Source: a virus. From it: DNA of 64,000 bases. The stretch lies in IMG/VR virus record IMGVR_UViG_3300020183_000011. One strand, given 5' to 3'. The notes beneath the pieces were generated by a model. That model did not search any database. It had not been told where the DNA came from and saw only the letters and a list, made by a program, of their open reading frames with translations. The translations under genes and the position numbers were made by a program. This document shows, piece after piece, positions 46,367-55,276 of this stretch. Every line of letters begins with the position of its first letter. The stretch's first letter is position 1.

Positions 46367-46998
46367 ATGGATTTAAGGCATATCGTTATTACCTTGCCTT
46401 AAAGCTCCATTTTACAACAGATAAGTTTAATGTATTTGAGAACAAAGGCCATGTTAAAGGATCGTACGAGTCGTTTAATGCTCGTAATGATAGACACCTG
46501 TTTGAAAAGCTTGGTTGTAAGTTTAATGCCGACAAAGAACTCATACAGTTCATAGTAGCACAGTTCGTCTACAATAACCCTAACTTCATATACGAGTTAG
46601 AGCAAGCAGACGATCATTATAGGGAATGGATCAAGGTTAAGGAAAGCCTGTCAAAGGTATTTGAGGATGACCTCAATGAACTGACACTAGAAGCAGAAAA
46701 GAACGGATACAAATTATCTGAGCTTTTTAATTGTACATTAAATGACTTTCCTGTTATAATTAAACTATATCTTGGAAAACGAATACACCCTCAGACACTA
46801 TCGATATTATCTACCATGGGTACACCTGTGGCAGAACTATGTAATAATGATCATATCGACTTATTACTAGGCAACGAGCTGAGGATCATATACAAGATGG
46901 CTGGATTTATCAAGATCCAGAACAAAGAAAAGATCAATAAGATCTTTAAAGAATTTATCGAAAATAACAACATGGGCATGATAAATAAAGATGAGTAG
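46363..46998 (+). CDS. 59: Helicase loader gp59
   Basis: AY..YLALKLHFT, F..R.D...FEKL; synteny. Confidence 0.88.
   Translation: MNGFKAYRYYLALKLHFTTDKFNVFENKGHVKGSYESFNARNDRHLFEKLGCKFNADKELIQFIVAQFVYNNPNFIYELEQADDHYREWIKVKESLSKVFEDDLNELTLEAEKNGYKLSELFNCTLNDFPVIIKLYLGKRIHPQTLSILSTMGTPVAELCNNDHIDLLLGNELRIIYKMAGFIKIQNKEKINKIFKEFIENNNMGMINKDE
46732..46760 (+). promoter_or_regulatory. Promoter inside gene 59, probably serving gene 32
   Basis: TGTACA-TTAAAT..17 nt-TATAAT. Confidence 0.7.
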
Positions 46999-47045
46999 AA
47001 GTTATACTCTATACTACGCAATATTAACATACAAAGGAAAATACG

Positions 47046-47972
47046 ATGGACATTAATACACTCCGCGCTTCGCGCAATCAAGACTTCAGCAAGATCTCAT
47101 CTGCATTCGAATCAGATAACAATAAGAACTATGAAGACAATCGCTTTTGGAAACTAGAGCGTGACAAAGCAGGTAATGCAACTGCAGTGATTCGTTTCTT
47201 ACCAAGAGTCGAAGGTGATGAACTACCATGGGTTAAAGTATTCTCTCATGGCTTCAAAGGTCCAACAGGTAAATGGTACATTGAAAACTCATTGACCACT
47301 GTTGGAAAACCAGATCCAGTTGGTGAACTCAACACCACACTTTGGAACTCAGGTTCTGATGCAAATAAAGAGATCGCACGTGATCAAAAGCGTCGCTTAA
47401 CATTCATCTCAAACATTGTGGTCGTATCAGATCCAGTACATCCAGAAAATAATGGCAAAGTAGTGCTGTTCAAGTATGGTAAGAAGATCTTTGACATGAT
47501 CATGAACAAAGCACAACCTACATTTGAGGATGAAAAACCAGTGAATGTGTTTGACTTATGGGAAGGTGCAAACTTCAAGATCCGTATGCGTACGGTCGAA
47601 GGTTATCCTAACTATGACCAATCAGTGTTCGCGGAGCAAACACCAGTGGCTCCAACTGATGAAGCGATCTTAGCTATCGTAAATCAACAAGTTAAGCTAG
47701 CTGAGTTCATTGATCCTAACAACACTAAACAGTTTAAGTCTTATGACGAACTTAAAGCTAAGTTAGATTCAGTGTTAAGTGGTGGAGTTGCTGTACCTAC
47801 GGCAGAGTCAATGAGTAATGATCCATTACCATCTGCACCACCACCATCATTCACTGCCAAAGCTGAACCAACATTTACTGCGGCACCAGCTCCAGTATCT
47901 AAAGCGCCAGAGATCAATGATGAGGATGAAGACATGATGGGTTTCTTTGCAAGTATCGCTAACGAAAACTAA
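47046..47972 (+). CDS. 32: Single-stranded DNA-binding protein gp32
   Basis: D.RFWK...DKAGN..AVIRFLP, HGF.GP.G.WYIENSLTT, KYGKKIFD, acidic tail. Confidence 0.97.
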   Translation: MDINTLRASRNQDFSKISSAFESDNNKNYEDNRFWKLERDKAGNATAVIRFLPRVEGDELPWVKVFSHGFKGPTGKWYIENSLTTVGKPDPVGELNTTLWNSGSDANKEIARDQKRRLTFISNIVVVSDPVHPENNGKVVLFKYGKKIFDMIMNKAQPTFEDEKPVNVFDLWEGANFKIRMRTVEGYPNYDQSVFAEQTPVAPTDEAILAIVNQQVKLAEFIDPNNTKQFKSYDELKAKLDSVLSGGVAVPTAESMSNDPLPSAPPPSFTAKAEPTFTAAPAPVSKAPEINDEDEDMMGFFASIANEN

Positions 47973-47984
47973 GAGTAGATGTAG

Positions 47985-48010
47985 AAAAGGGACCGAAAGG
48001 TCCCTTTTTT
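47985..48010. terminator. Bidirectional terminator between convergent operons
   Basis: AAAAGGGACC-GAAA-GGTCCCTTTT. Confidence 0.92.
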
Positions 48011-49940
48011 ATGTAGCATACCTAGAGTTATAGTAAGACCTAACAGAATGGTCTTGATCTCTTATAGGTACTTTAATAGAATTATTTGTTGATGACTTAC
48101 TAATATTAGTTGGAGCATTAACGATAGTATTTGATGGAGCTGCATTAGATGGTAACTTAGATGTTGCGTTATCTGCTGATCGTGCTGAAACTTCCGCCGC
48201 TTTTTGACGATCAGCATAAATCTGCATCTTAGCTTTATCTATTGCAATGTCTTTTGAAATTTGAGATTTACTTGCTGGTTTATAATACTTCGATTTCATA
48301 GCTTGTGTATCAGTTACTGCGCCTTCATCTTCAGCGTTATCTGCAGATCGTGCTGAAACTTGATCAGCTTTATTTGATGCTGCAGTTATGGCTTTAGCTT
48401 GATCGCGTAAGTCTTCAATGTTTTGCAACCTCATGTATTCATCAGCACTGATCTCTTTATCATCTACGAGGTATCTTATATTGTTAGGATCACTAGTATC
48501 CATGCGTAAGCTGTGTGTTTCTTTATTTGATGTAGCCTTTGGAGCACCTTTGTAATAGTTATCATAGATGCCTTTACCTAAACCTATAGCACCACCGATA
48601 CCCGCACCGATAGCAGTACCAACACCAGGAATAACAGAACCGATCATAGCTCCATAACCAGCATACTTAACTGCTGTACCACCAGTTCCTACAGCTTTAC
48701 CAGTCTTTTCGTATCCTGCTTCTTTAAGCTTATCACCACCCCATTGCATACCTTCACCAACTGCAGCTCCAACTGCACCTATGCCGACACCTTTCATGAG
48801 CTTACCAGCACCACCTACTTTTGATAGGTATCCAGCTCCCTTTTTAGCAGCTCCAATAGCACCTTTTCTGCCGATAAGATCGGTTGCAACACTAGCTAGT
48901 CCTCCTAAAGATCCGCCTTGACCTGCCGACGCAGCAACGTTGTTTAAAGCAACTAACATGTCAGAGTCGGCTTTAGCCTTACGTTCATTCTCTATCTTAG
49001 TGATGGTTATCAGTTCATTGAGTGGTTCTGTAGAAGCTGTTAATGCTTTTAATGTATCACTCTCTTCTTGCGATACATTTAGTTCATCTTGTGAGACATC
49101 TTCTTTAGCAGATTTAATTGCTCCCTTTTTCTCACCTTGTTTTGTAGGATCAATATCAATTAGCGCTTGTGCGGCTTTATCTCGGGCTTCTATATTCTTT
49201 CGACCACCAGTAGTCCTAGCATACTCTTCTTCTGACATTAATCCTTGAGCTGTGTCTATCTTGTATTGTTCTGTTTGAAGGTTAGCTTTAGCTTCTTGTA
49301 CCTTTTTACCTCTTTCAGCGTAATAGTCTTCTACAGCAGCATCTGTCTTAAACTGCTTTAGGTTTTTCATAGTAGAGTTTGCTTTAGTCATCTCATGAGC
49401 AGTTCTCAAACGCTCTTCTCGTACGTCTAGCTTTTTATCTAACCAGCTTCCACCTCCAGCTTTAACCAACCCAGTAGTATGTAATAAACCTCTGATTGAT
49501 CCAAACTTCCAAGCCATGCCGCTTGGATCAAACTTATTACCAGCTCTACCTGTAAGTCTTTCTTTAAACTGTTGTCCTATCCCGCGATAGTCCTTCTCTT
49601 GCTCTTTTGCTAACTTTTCAGCTTTTTCTCCAGTAATACCTTTTCCTTTAGAAGTATCACTGATAGTTTTTGTTAACTTTTCTATGTTTTTATTTAATCT
49701 TTTATTTTCATCTATCAAGTATTCTGTATTTTTATTAGAATCTTCTTTAAGTTTAGTTTCTTTAGAGTCTTTGATAATCGGTTCTGCAGCAAGCGTTTTC
49801 GTCTTGACACCTTCAGCTGATAGGTTATGCGAACGTAACTGTTGGATAACCTGTTTAAGAGCTCCTTCGCCCATCCTTTCAGGTTGATACTCTTTCTGAA
49901 ACTCTGCTTCAGATTTAAAAATTAATCCGCTTTTTGCCAT
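48009..49940 (-). CDS. Probable tail tape-measure / hub protein (gp29-like position)
   Basis: 643 aa helical, Gly/Ala-rich hydrophobic segment (GAMIGSVIPGVGTAIG); directly downstream of 26/51. Confidence 0.6.
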   Translation of the reverse strand: MAKSGLIFKSEAEFQKEYQPERMGEGALKQVIQQLRSHNLSAEGVKTKTLAAEPIIKDSKETKLKEDSNKNTEYLIDENKRLNKNIEKLTKTISDTSKGKGITGEKAEKLAKEQEKDYRGIGQQFKERLTGRAGNKFDPSGMAWKFGSIRGLLHTTGLVKAGGGSWLDKKLDVREERLRTAHEMTKANSTMKNLKQFKTDAAVEDYYAERGKKVQEAKANLQTEQYKIDTAQGLMSEEEYARTTGGRKNIEARDKAAQALIDIDPTKQGEKKGAIKSAKEDVSQDELNVSQEESDTLKALTASTEPLNELITITKIENERKAKADSDMLVALNNVAASAGQGGSLGGLASVATDLIGRKGAIGAAKKGAGYLSKVGGAGKLMKGVGIGAVGAAVGEGMQWGGDKLKEAGYEKTGKAVGTGGTAVKYAGYGAMIGSVIPGVGTAIGAGIGGAIGLGKGIYDNYYKGAPKATSNKETHSLRMDTSDPNNIRYLVDDKEISADEYMRLQNIEDLRDQAKAITAASNKADQVSARSADNAEDEGAVTDTQAMKSKYYKPASKSQISKDIAIDKAKMQIYADRQKAAEVSARSADNATSKLPSNAAPSNTIVNAPTNISKSSTNNSIKVPIRDQDHSVRSYYNSRYAT

Positions 49941-50119
49941 TACCTACTCTCTAGTCTTTGTTTTTCTTCTTCTAAATACTTAATCAACATAGCAACATAG
50001 ATCTCGCGTTCAAATGGGAACATCTCTTCAATCTCAGTCAACGAATACTTGTGGTATTGCATGAGAGCGAAGTTCATCTTATAATAGTTGGACAAGCTCT
50101 CGTGACTGAGATTAACTAA
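49940..50119 (-). CDS. 51: gp51-like baseplate/tail assembly catalyst frame, probably reached by -1 frameshift (first ATG 50077)
   Basis: SHESLSNYYKMNFALMQYHKYSLTEIEEMFPFEREIYVAML. Confidence 0.8.
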   Translation of the reverse strand, partial: LVNLSHESLSNYYKMNFALMQYHKYSLTEIEEMFPFEREIYVAMLIKYLEEEKQRLESR

Positions 50120-50829
50120 AAAAAACTTGCCAGGCCCTCCATAGACTTAACATGATGCTTGCTACATACTGGGCAATCATATTCTACTGTCTGCTTTAAC
50201 TTAGGTACAGTTAAGAAAAAGTTTTCAATCTTCTTAAACTGTTCTTGAGTTAAGTTTTCAAGGAAGTCTAATACTTCTTGTCTTGTTTGATCTTTAGTAT
50301 TAAACACCTCATCAGTGTTGTATATTGATTCTATACAATCAACTACTACATCAAATATACTGTCTATATCTCCGTCTCGTATCTTCTCTAACTTATCTAA
50401 AGTATCTAGCGACGGGTTTTTCATCATGATCCCAACATCATCAAATAAAGGGATGTTAGTGTCATGTCCTTCTGGAAACTCTACCTTAAACTTTGTTATA
50501 TCTAACTTAACGTTAGCCTTTGCCTTTTCGTCATCGCATGTATCACAAAGGAATATTAACTCTACTATCTCGCCTACAGACTTTGCTCTGATCTGTGTAA
50601 ATAAGTATTCATAGTCAAACGTAGCTAAGTTATCTATGTCTACGTCTCCGACTATGCAAGACTGTAAGACGTTCTTTAATGTGTTGATCATTACCTTAGG
50701 GTCTTCAGACTGCTGTGCTAAGAGTAATGCTTTCTCTTCTTTGACCAAAAACGGTCTAAACTGTATCTCTCTCTTTGTAGATGGCACCGTTACATTATAT
50801 AACGGTGCCTTCATCATAGGTAGTGCCAT
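50116..50829 (-). CDS. 26: Baseplate hub assembly protein gp26-like
   Basis: MALP....P.Y...VPST.....RPFLVKEEK.LL.A, IRAKSVGE, C..C....EGL.SFF. Confidence 0.9.
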   Translation of the reverse strand: MALPMMKAPLYNVTVPSTKREIQFRPFLVKEEKALLLAQQSEDPKVMINTLKNVLQSCIVGDVDIDNLATFDYEYLFTQIRAKSVGEIVELIFLCDTCDDEKAKANVKLDITKFKVEFPEGHDTNIPLFDDVGIMMKNPSLDTLDKLEKIRDGDIDSIFDVVVDCIESIYNTDEVFNTKDQTRQEVLDFLENLTQEQFKKIENFFLTVPKLKQTVEYDCPVCSKHHVKSMEGLASFF

Positions 50830-50830
50830 A

Positions 50831-51262
50831 CTATTCTCCTTTATTCATATCTTTGATCATCTTGCTCAATTCGGAGGTTGACCCCACAAAAATCGCATTA
50901 TTATTTGTTACTTGTTTATTTGGCTGCCCTTCTTGTTGCTTAGGCGAATCCAACTTCTGCTTACGTTCACTCAATGCTAACAGCTGCTCGTTAGTGTCAG
51001 CTAGTTGTTTCATTAAGTTACCTACTACTTCAAAAGCTCTTGGGTGTTCTGATTGTTTTGCAATCTCTAACGCATGATACAATGCATCTTGGCCTTGATT
51101 CAACAACTTATGTAGGTTATTACGAGCTGAATCATAGTCGTAATCTACGTTCTCTTCAACCTTAGTAGAAGCTGGCACTATCTCAGCGCCAGTACTAATC
51201 GTTTCCCCAGGTTTGAGAGGCTCTACGTTAAAAACCTTTGACAAATTATCATCAGACTTCAT
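50831..51262 (-). CDS. 16: Terminase small subunit gp16
   Basis: DY..AR.NL..L...G..AL.....A..SEHPRAFEV, NNAIFVGST.EL. Confidence 0.9.
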   Translation of the reverse strand: MKSDDNLSKVFNVEPLKPGETISTGAEIVPASTKVEENVDYDYDSARNNLHKLLNQGQDALYHALEIAKQSEHPRAFEVVGNLMKQLADTNEQLLALSERKQKLDSPKQQEGQPNKQVTNNNAIFVGSTSELSKMIKDMNKGE

Positions 51263-51276
51263 GATATACCTTTATG

Positions 51277-51777
51277 TTAAGTTATCTTTCTTCTTGGTGT
51301 AGCACGTTCAGCACTAACTTCAGGCTCACTATAATCCTCTACACTCGGTGGTGCTGGTGGAGCAGGAGGTGGTGGAGCTGATGGAGCTGGTCTTTGTGGG
51401 ATTGGCATCTGCATCTGTTGTGGTGCATCATTCTTTTTAGATGCTGAGTATGCATTAGCACCAAAGAATGCTGCCACCAAAGCTGAGATGGCTACAAAGT
51501 ATGTAGGAGCGATATTACCAATGATAGTTGCTGCATCGTCTACGTCTAACCATGAAGCGATAACGATGGTCACTGGATATAATAACATACCCCATAGTGC
51601 AAACCATGTCATCTTACGCATAGCATCACGTTGAGCATCTTGGTCTTCAAGCTCTCTACGCTTAAACTCAAGATACATAGCTAGTTCTTGGCTACTCACA
51701 TAGCCGTCACCGTTTGTATCCGCCTCTTGTAAATGTTGGTAAGCATTATCGCTTACACCTTGTTTTTTGTATTCCAT
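51277..51777 (-). CDS. EF-hand, two-TM membrane protein with Pro-rich tail
   Basis: DTNGDGYVSSQE loop; two TM helices. Confidence 0.7.
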   Translation of the reverse strand: MEYKKQGVSDNAYQHLQEADTNGDGYVSSQELAMYLEFKRRELEDQDAQRDAMRKMTWFALWGMLLYPVTIVIASWLDVDDAATIIGNIAPTYFVAISALVAAFFGANAYSASKKNDAPQQMQMPIPQRPAPSAPPPPAPPAPPSVEDYSEPEVSAERATPRRKIT

Positions 51778-51786
51778 TTTAAGTCC

Positions 51787-52479
51787 TTAAGTTAATATTG
51801 TTCCGCGACCTGTAGACGCTGTTTCTGAAGAGTATAATGAATTTCTAGAGTTCTCAAAAGAATTATATCCTGTTTGATACTGATCAAAGTTGGTAAAGTA
51901 TGTGTCTGGCACCTCTACAGTATCACTCAAGAATGATTCTGTAGTGTTTGTTGCTGGTGAAGATCTCCAATACTTGTACTCCATAGCTACTGATAGCTTC
52001 ATCACGTCTTTATTTGCATAGTCCATTTGGATAGCGTTTATAGCTTTTGGATAGGCATGATATAATGTTACTTGATAACGACTCTTGTCTTTTATATCAA
52101 ATATATCAATGTTTATGTCTGTCACATAAGTCCAATAGTAATTAAAGTTACGAGTTACTGGGTCTTGAATAGCATTCATCCACTTATCAAACAGTTCTTT
52201 AACTGTCATCGAGTTATCTACATAGAACCCCATGTTTATGGTCTCGTATTGTTTTTGGTGTGGCATCTGACGCTCTTCGCCAAAAGTCTTTGCTGCCGTG
52301 GTCTCTAATGTTAACCCAGGCAAGCTTATGGCATCACAGTATAATAGTATCTTACGTAAATCTGCACTATATAGTCCTGCAGATAGAGAGCTTGGTAAAG
52401 CAAAAGATACCGCGAACCTAGATGTTCGCATCAACCCTTCGCCAGCTACTTGTGATATGAATTCGTTTAAAGTTGCCAT
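51787..52479 (-). CDS. Tail tube initiator-like protein (gp54/gp19 fold)
   Basis: C..ISLPG, FYVD, F..W...I, L..AYP..I....DY, V...YKYW. Confidence 0.75.
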   Translation of the reverse strand: MATLNEFISQVAGEGLMRTSRFAVSFALPSSLSAGLYSADLRKILLYCDAISLPGLTLETTAAKTFGEERQMPHQKQYETINMGFYVDNSMTVKELFDKWMNAIQDPVTRNFNYYWTYVTDINIDIFDIKDKSRYQVTLYHAYPKAINAIQMDYANKDVMKLSVAMEYKYWRSSPATNTTESFLSDTVEVPDTYFTNFDQYQTGYNSFENSRNSLYSSETASTGRGTILT

Positions 52480-53063
52480 TAGTATCCCATTGAGTCTTTC
52501 CAGACCCTGTTCTTATTTGCACCAACAAACTGCTCTACAGGTAACATGATCGCCGTAGCCCAGTCGTTTGCATCTATCTTCCTAAAAGTTGTCTTAACAT
52601 GATCAATCAAATAATGCTTAACACATGGTTCTGCTGATTTAAATTTACTGACTCCGTTTATTAGGCTCCATGAATATCGTATACGAGTGTTTTCGTTCAT
52701 GTTCCTGTCAGACACAAAGTCCATCAGCCTTTGTAATAGTATCATCCTAGGCTGATAAGGTAAGTAGTGTAAGTTTAAGCCAAGAAACCCACCAGCAACC
52801 TTCTTAAAAGGTAACACTAACGGGAACTTATCATAGTATGGCAGTTCATCTTTACCCTTAGGATCATATATAAACATATACATCGATCCTGGAACTATAG
52901 TGTTCTTAACCCTTGCAGAATCAGAATTCAGTACTTTAGCAGCTGTAAGGTTCTGTCTTCCAAGGAGCAAAGCTTGTTGTTGAAACCATGCCTTAGACTT
53001 GATAGCAGCTTCTTTTAAGTTATACTGATTGTTAGCAAATACGTCTTTAATCTGTTGAGCCAT
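52479..53063 (-). CDS. 2: DNA end protector gp2
   Basis: G.MY.F.YDPK.K..LPYYD.FPLV, GFLGLNLHYLP, K.YL..HV. Confidence 0.92.
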   Translation of the reverse strand: MAQQIKDVFANNQYNLKEAAIKSKAWFQQQALLLGRQNLTAAKVLNSDSARVKNTIVPGSMYMFIYDPKGKDELPYYDKFPLVLPFKKVAGGFLGLNLHYLPYQPRMILLQRLMDFVSDRNMNENTRIRYSWSLINGVSKFKSAEPCVKHYLIDHVKTTFRKIDANDWATAIMLPVEQFVGANKNRVWKDSMGY

Positions 53064-53068
53064 TTGAT

Positions 53069-53076
53069 TATTTATA
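53069..53076 (-). promoter_or_regulatory. Late promoter
   Basis: TATAAATA on the minus strand, 5 nt before the gp2 ATG. Confidence 0.85.
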
Positions 53077-53078
53077 TG

Positions 53079-53516
53079 CTAATTTAAGCCTAATTCATTC
53101 TCGGTTATGATCACGAACTCATACCCTCGATCCTTACACCATTCTGTAGCTGCCTTCCATTTTGCTTGGTTCTTGATAAAGGTGACTGACTCCATCAAGT
53201 AGTGTCTTGTCTTCTTGCCTGGAAACACTGGTGGCTGGGTCTGTTTGGCAGGTTTAACCTCTACGAGGTATGTCTTTGTTTGGTTTTCTTTGGTCTTAAC
53301 TCGTATCTTAAAGTCTATGAAGTACCTGTGAAGCCTATTGTCGGTGGGGCATTTATAAGGGATGACCGTCTCTTCTGAACACCATTTTATGATGGATGGG
53401 TTTTTATCACACCATGCAGCAAACCTGGTTTCCCAACTAGACCTCATGATGATGTTAGTAGGATCCCCTTCATACTTCTCTGGGAACATTGGTTTATATC
53501 TTCTTTTATGAAACAT
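53079..53516 (-). CDS. 4: Head completion protein gp4
   Basis: P.KY.GDP..I..RSSWE, W.SEE..IPY, HRYF.DF, EVKP..QT, NQAKW.AA; start at MFHK. Confidence 0.92.
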   Translation of the reverse strand: MFHKRRYKPMFPEKYEGDPTNIIMRSSWETRFAAWCDKNPSIIKWCSEETVIPYKCPTDNRLHRYFIDFKIRVKTKENQTKTYLVEVKPAKQTQPPVFPGKKTRHYLMESVTFIKNQAKWKAATEWCKDRGYEFVIITENELGLN

Positions 53517-53521
53517 ATCCT

Positions 53522-53538
53522 TATTTATCATATAAATA
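53522..53538. promoter_or_regulatory. Back-to-back divergent late promoters
   Basis: GATAAATA (minus, 53522-53529) and TATAAATA (plus, 53531-53538). Confidence 0.8.
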
Positions 53539-53563
53539 ATCAATAAACGTTTAGGAATATAAT

Positions 53564-54778
53564 ATGCCAGATTTAAAATTATTTGGGAAAAACTTCGGTG
53601 ACCCATTTAAATCTAAAAGTACTCAAACTAAAGAAGATAACATTCCGTCAGGAAATAAAAACTTTTTTGGTAGTGAGTTGTTTTCTGCAAGAGGTGGTCA
53701 AGCAACATTTGATAGCAACAAATACAGGATCAACGAACACACTTATCCTTCAGACTTGATGGGTAATTTAGCTGAATATGGAAGTAACTACGTAGTGTTT
53801 TATATCAACGCTGCAGTAGATTCAAAGCTAATCAAAGACCAGATAGAAGCTACTGTAGAAGACAATACTCCCAGAGATAACGGTGAACTATTAGCTTTAT
53901 CAAGAAAGTTTGGCACTGGAGTTGGAGGAGCTATAGCTGCCCCAGCAGGAATAGCCATTGGCGGATTAGCATTAGGCGGCAGCTTAACAACATCTTCAGT
54001 GGTGAATGGAGTAGCAGCACGAGGCTTATCAAAAGAGGCGTTAACCACTGCTGCAGCCATAGGATTAGGTGCTGGTGCAGTAGCAACAGCTGCTAGCACT
54101 TTCTCAGGTCAAAAGAAAAGATTAAAGACAGCCATCGCTTTACACTCTCCTAATAACATGAGTACTACATACAGCATGAACTACGACGAAGAAGACCTCG
54201 ACATCTATGCTATGGGTGTAGCTGCAGCTGGAGGTACAGCTGCGGGCATTGAAGCCCTAGCCCAAAAAGGAGCTAGCAATGTATCTGGAGAAGGCGCGTT
54301 AAGTTCTATAGCCGCGGCAGGTTTAGGCTTAGGTTTATCAAAACTACCAGGAACCGCAGGCATAAGCAAGCTTACTGGCCTAGCACCTAACCCAAGAAAA
54401 GAACAACTATTCAAGCACGTATATTTTAGGACTTTTAACTTTGACTACCAGTTTTATCCAAGAGATCATATAGAAGCAGAAAAGGTATTAAACATCATCT
54501 ATGAGTTCAAGCTACACATGCATCCAGAGTTTAAAGACGCAAATAACTTCTTATACATATACCCATCAGAGTTTGATATATTCTATTATAATGGTACACA
54601 AGAAAATAAAAACGTAAATAGACACACATCATGCGTACTTACTGACATGACAGTAAACTACTCTCCAAACGGTCAGTTCACCACGTTCGAGAACGGTATG
54701 CCTACACAGATCAACATCACGTTGACATTTAAAGAACTTGCAACTCTTACAAAAGAGAAGATACAAGACGGGCTATAA
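53564..54778 (+). CDS. 48: Baseplate tail tube cap gp48-like
   Basis: NP..EQLF....R.F.F...F.PR...EA..V..II..FK..M.P, YP.EF.I, C.LT...VNY.P.G. Confidence 0.85.
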   Translation: MPDLKLFGKNFGDPFKSKSTQTKEDNIPSGNKNFFGSELFSARGGQATFDSNKYRINEHTYPSDLMGNLAEYGSNYVVFYINAAVDSKLIKDQIEATVEDNTPRDNGELLALSRKFGTGVGGAIAAPAGIAIGGLALGGSLTTSSVVNGVAARGLSKEALTTAAAIGLGAGAVATAASTFSGQKKRLKTAIALHSPNNMSTTYSMNYDEEDLDIYAMGVAAAGGTAAGIEALAQKGASNVSGEGALSSIAAAGLGLGLSKLPGTAGISKLTGLAPNPRKEQLFKHVYFRTFNFDYQFYPRDHIEAEKVLNIIYEFKLHMHPEFKDANNFLYIYPSEFDIFYYNGTQENKNVNRHTSCVLTDMTVNYSPNGQFTTFENGMPTQINITLTFKELATLTKEKIQDGL

Positions 54779-54781
54779 TAT

Positions 54782-55276
54782 ATGTACTTTAAAAACTTCC
54801 CTACATTTTTATATGACTATGATATCAATGGTACGACCCAGTACAAGCTAGTCAAGGACATCACACAGAACGTTAGGTTGCGTAAAGAACTACTATCTAA
54901 CATAACGTTGTATGATGAGTATGACTTCAGAGACGGAGATACACCTGAAATCATAGCAGAGAAGGTATATGGGTCTCCACTATACCATTGGGTCGTCATG
55001 CTGGTTAACGAAAAGTATGACTACATCAATGACTTCCCTCTCCCGGTATATGAACTAGAGAAGCATATCACTGCAAAGTATGGCGCAGGTAATGAGTACG
55101 ATACGCATCATTATGTAGATAGCAACGGGTTCATAGTACACTCATCATACCCTGGAGCAACATCTGTATCTAACTATACGTATGAGTCAGACGTGAACGA
55201 GAGTAAACGCAGGATCAAGCTAATATCACCTTCACTACTAAACACCATCCTTAAAAACTTTAAAGACCTTATATAA
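54782..55276 (+). CDS. 53: Baseplate wedge subunit gp53
   Basis: MYF..FP...Y, DG.TPE.IA...YG....HWV....N, E...NE.KR.I. Confidence 0.9.
   Translation: MYFKNFPTFLYDYDINGTTQYKLVKDITQNVRLRKELLSNITLYDEYDFRDGDTPEIIAEKVYGSPLYHWVVMLVNEKYDYINDFPLPVYELEKHITAKYGAGNEYDTHHYVDSNGFIVHSSYPGATSVSNYTYESDVNESKRRIKLISPSLLNTILKNFKDLI

Noticed and set aside
48169-48361. 25-bp direct repeat (VSARSADNA twice) in the tape-measure candidate
   Set aside because: Ordinary intragenic duplication in a length-variable protein
53517-53606. 5' extension of the gp4 ORF
   Set aside because: It overlaps the divergent promoters and gene 48; the conserved region begins at 53516
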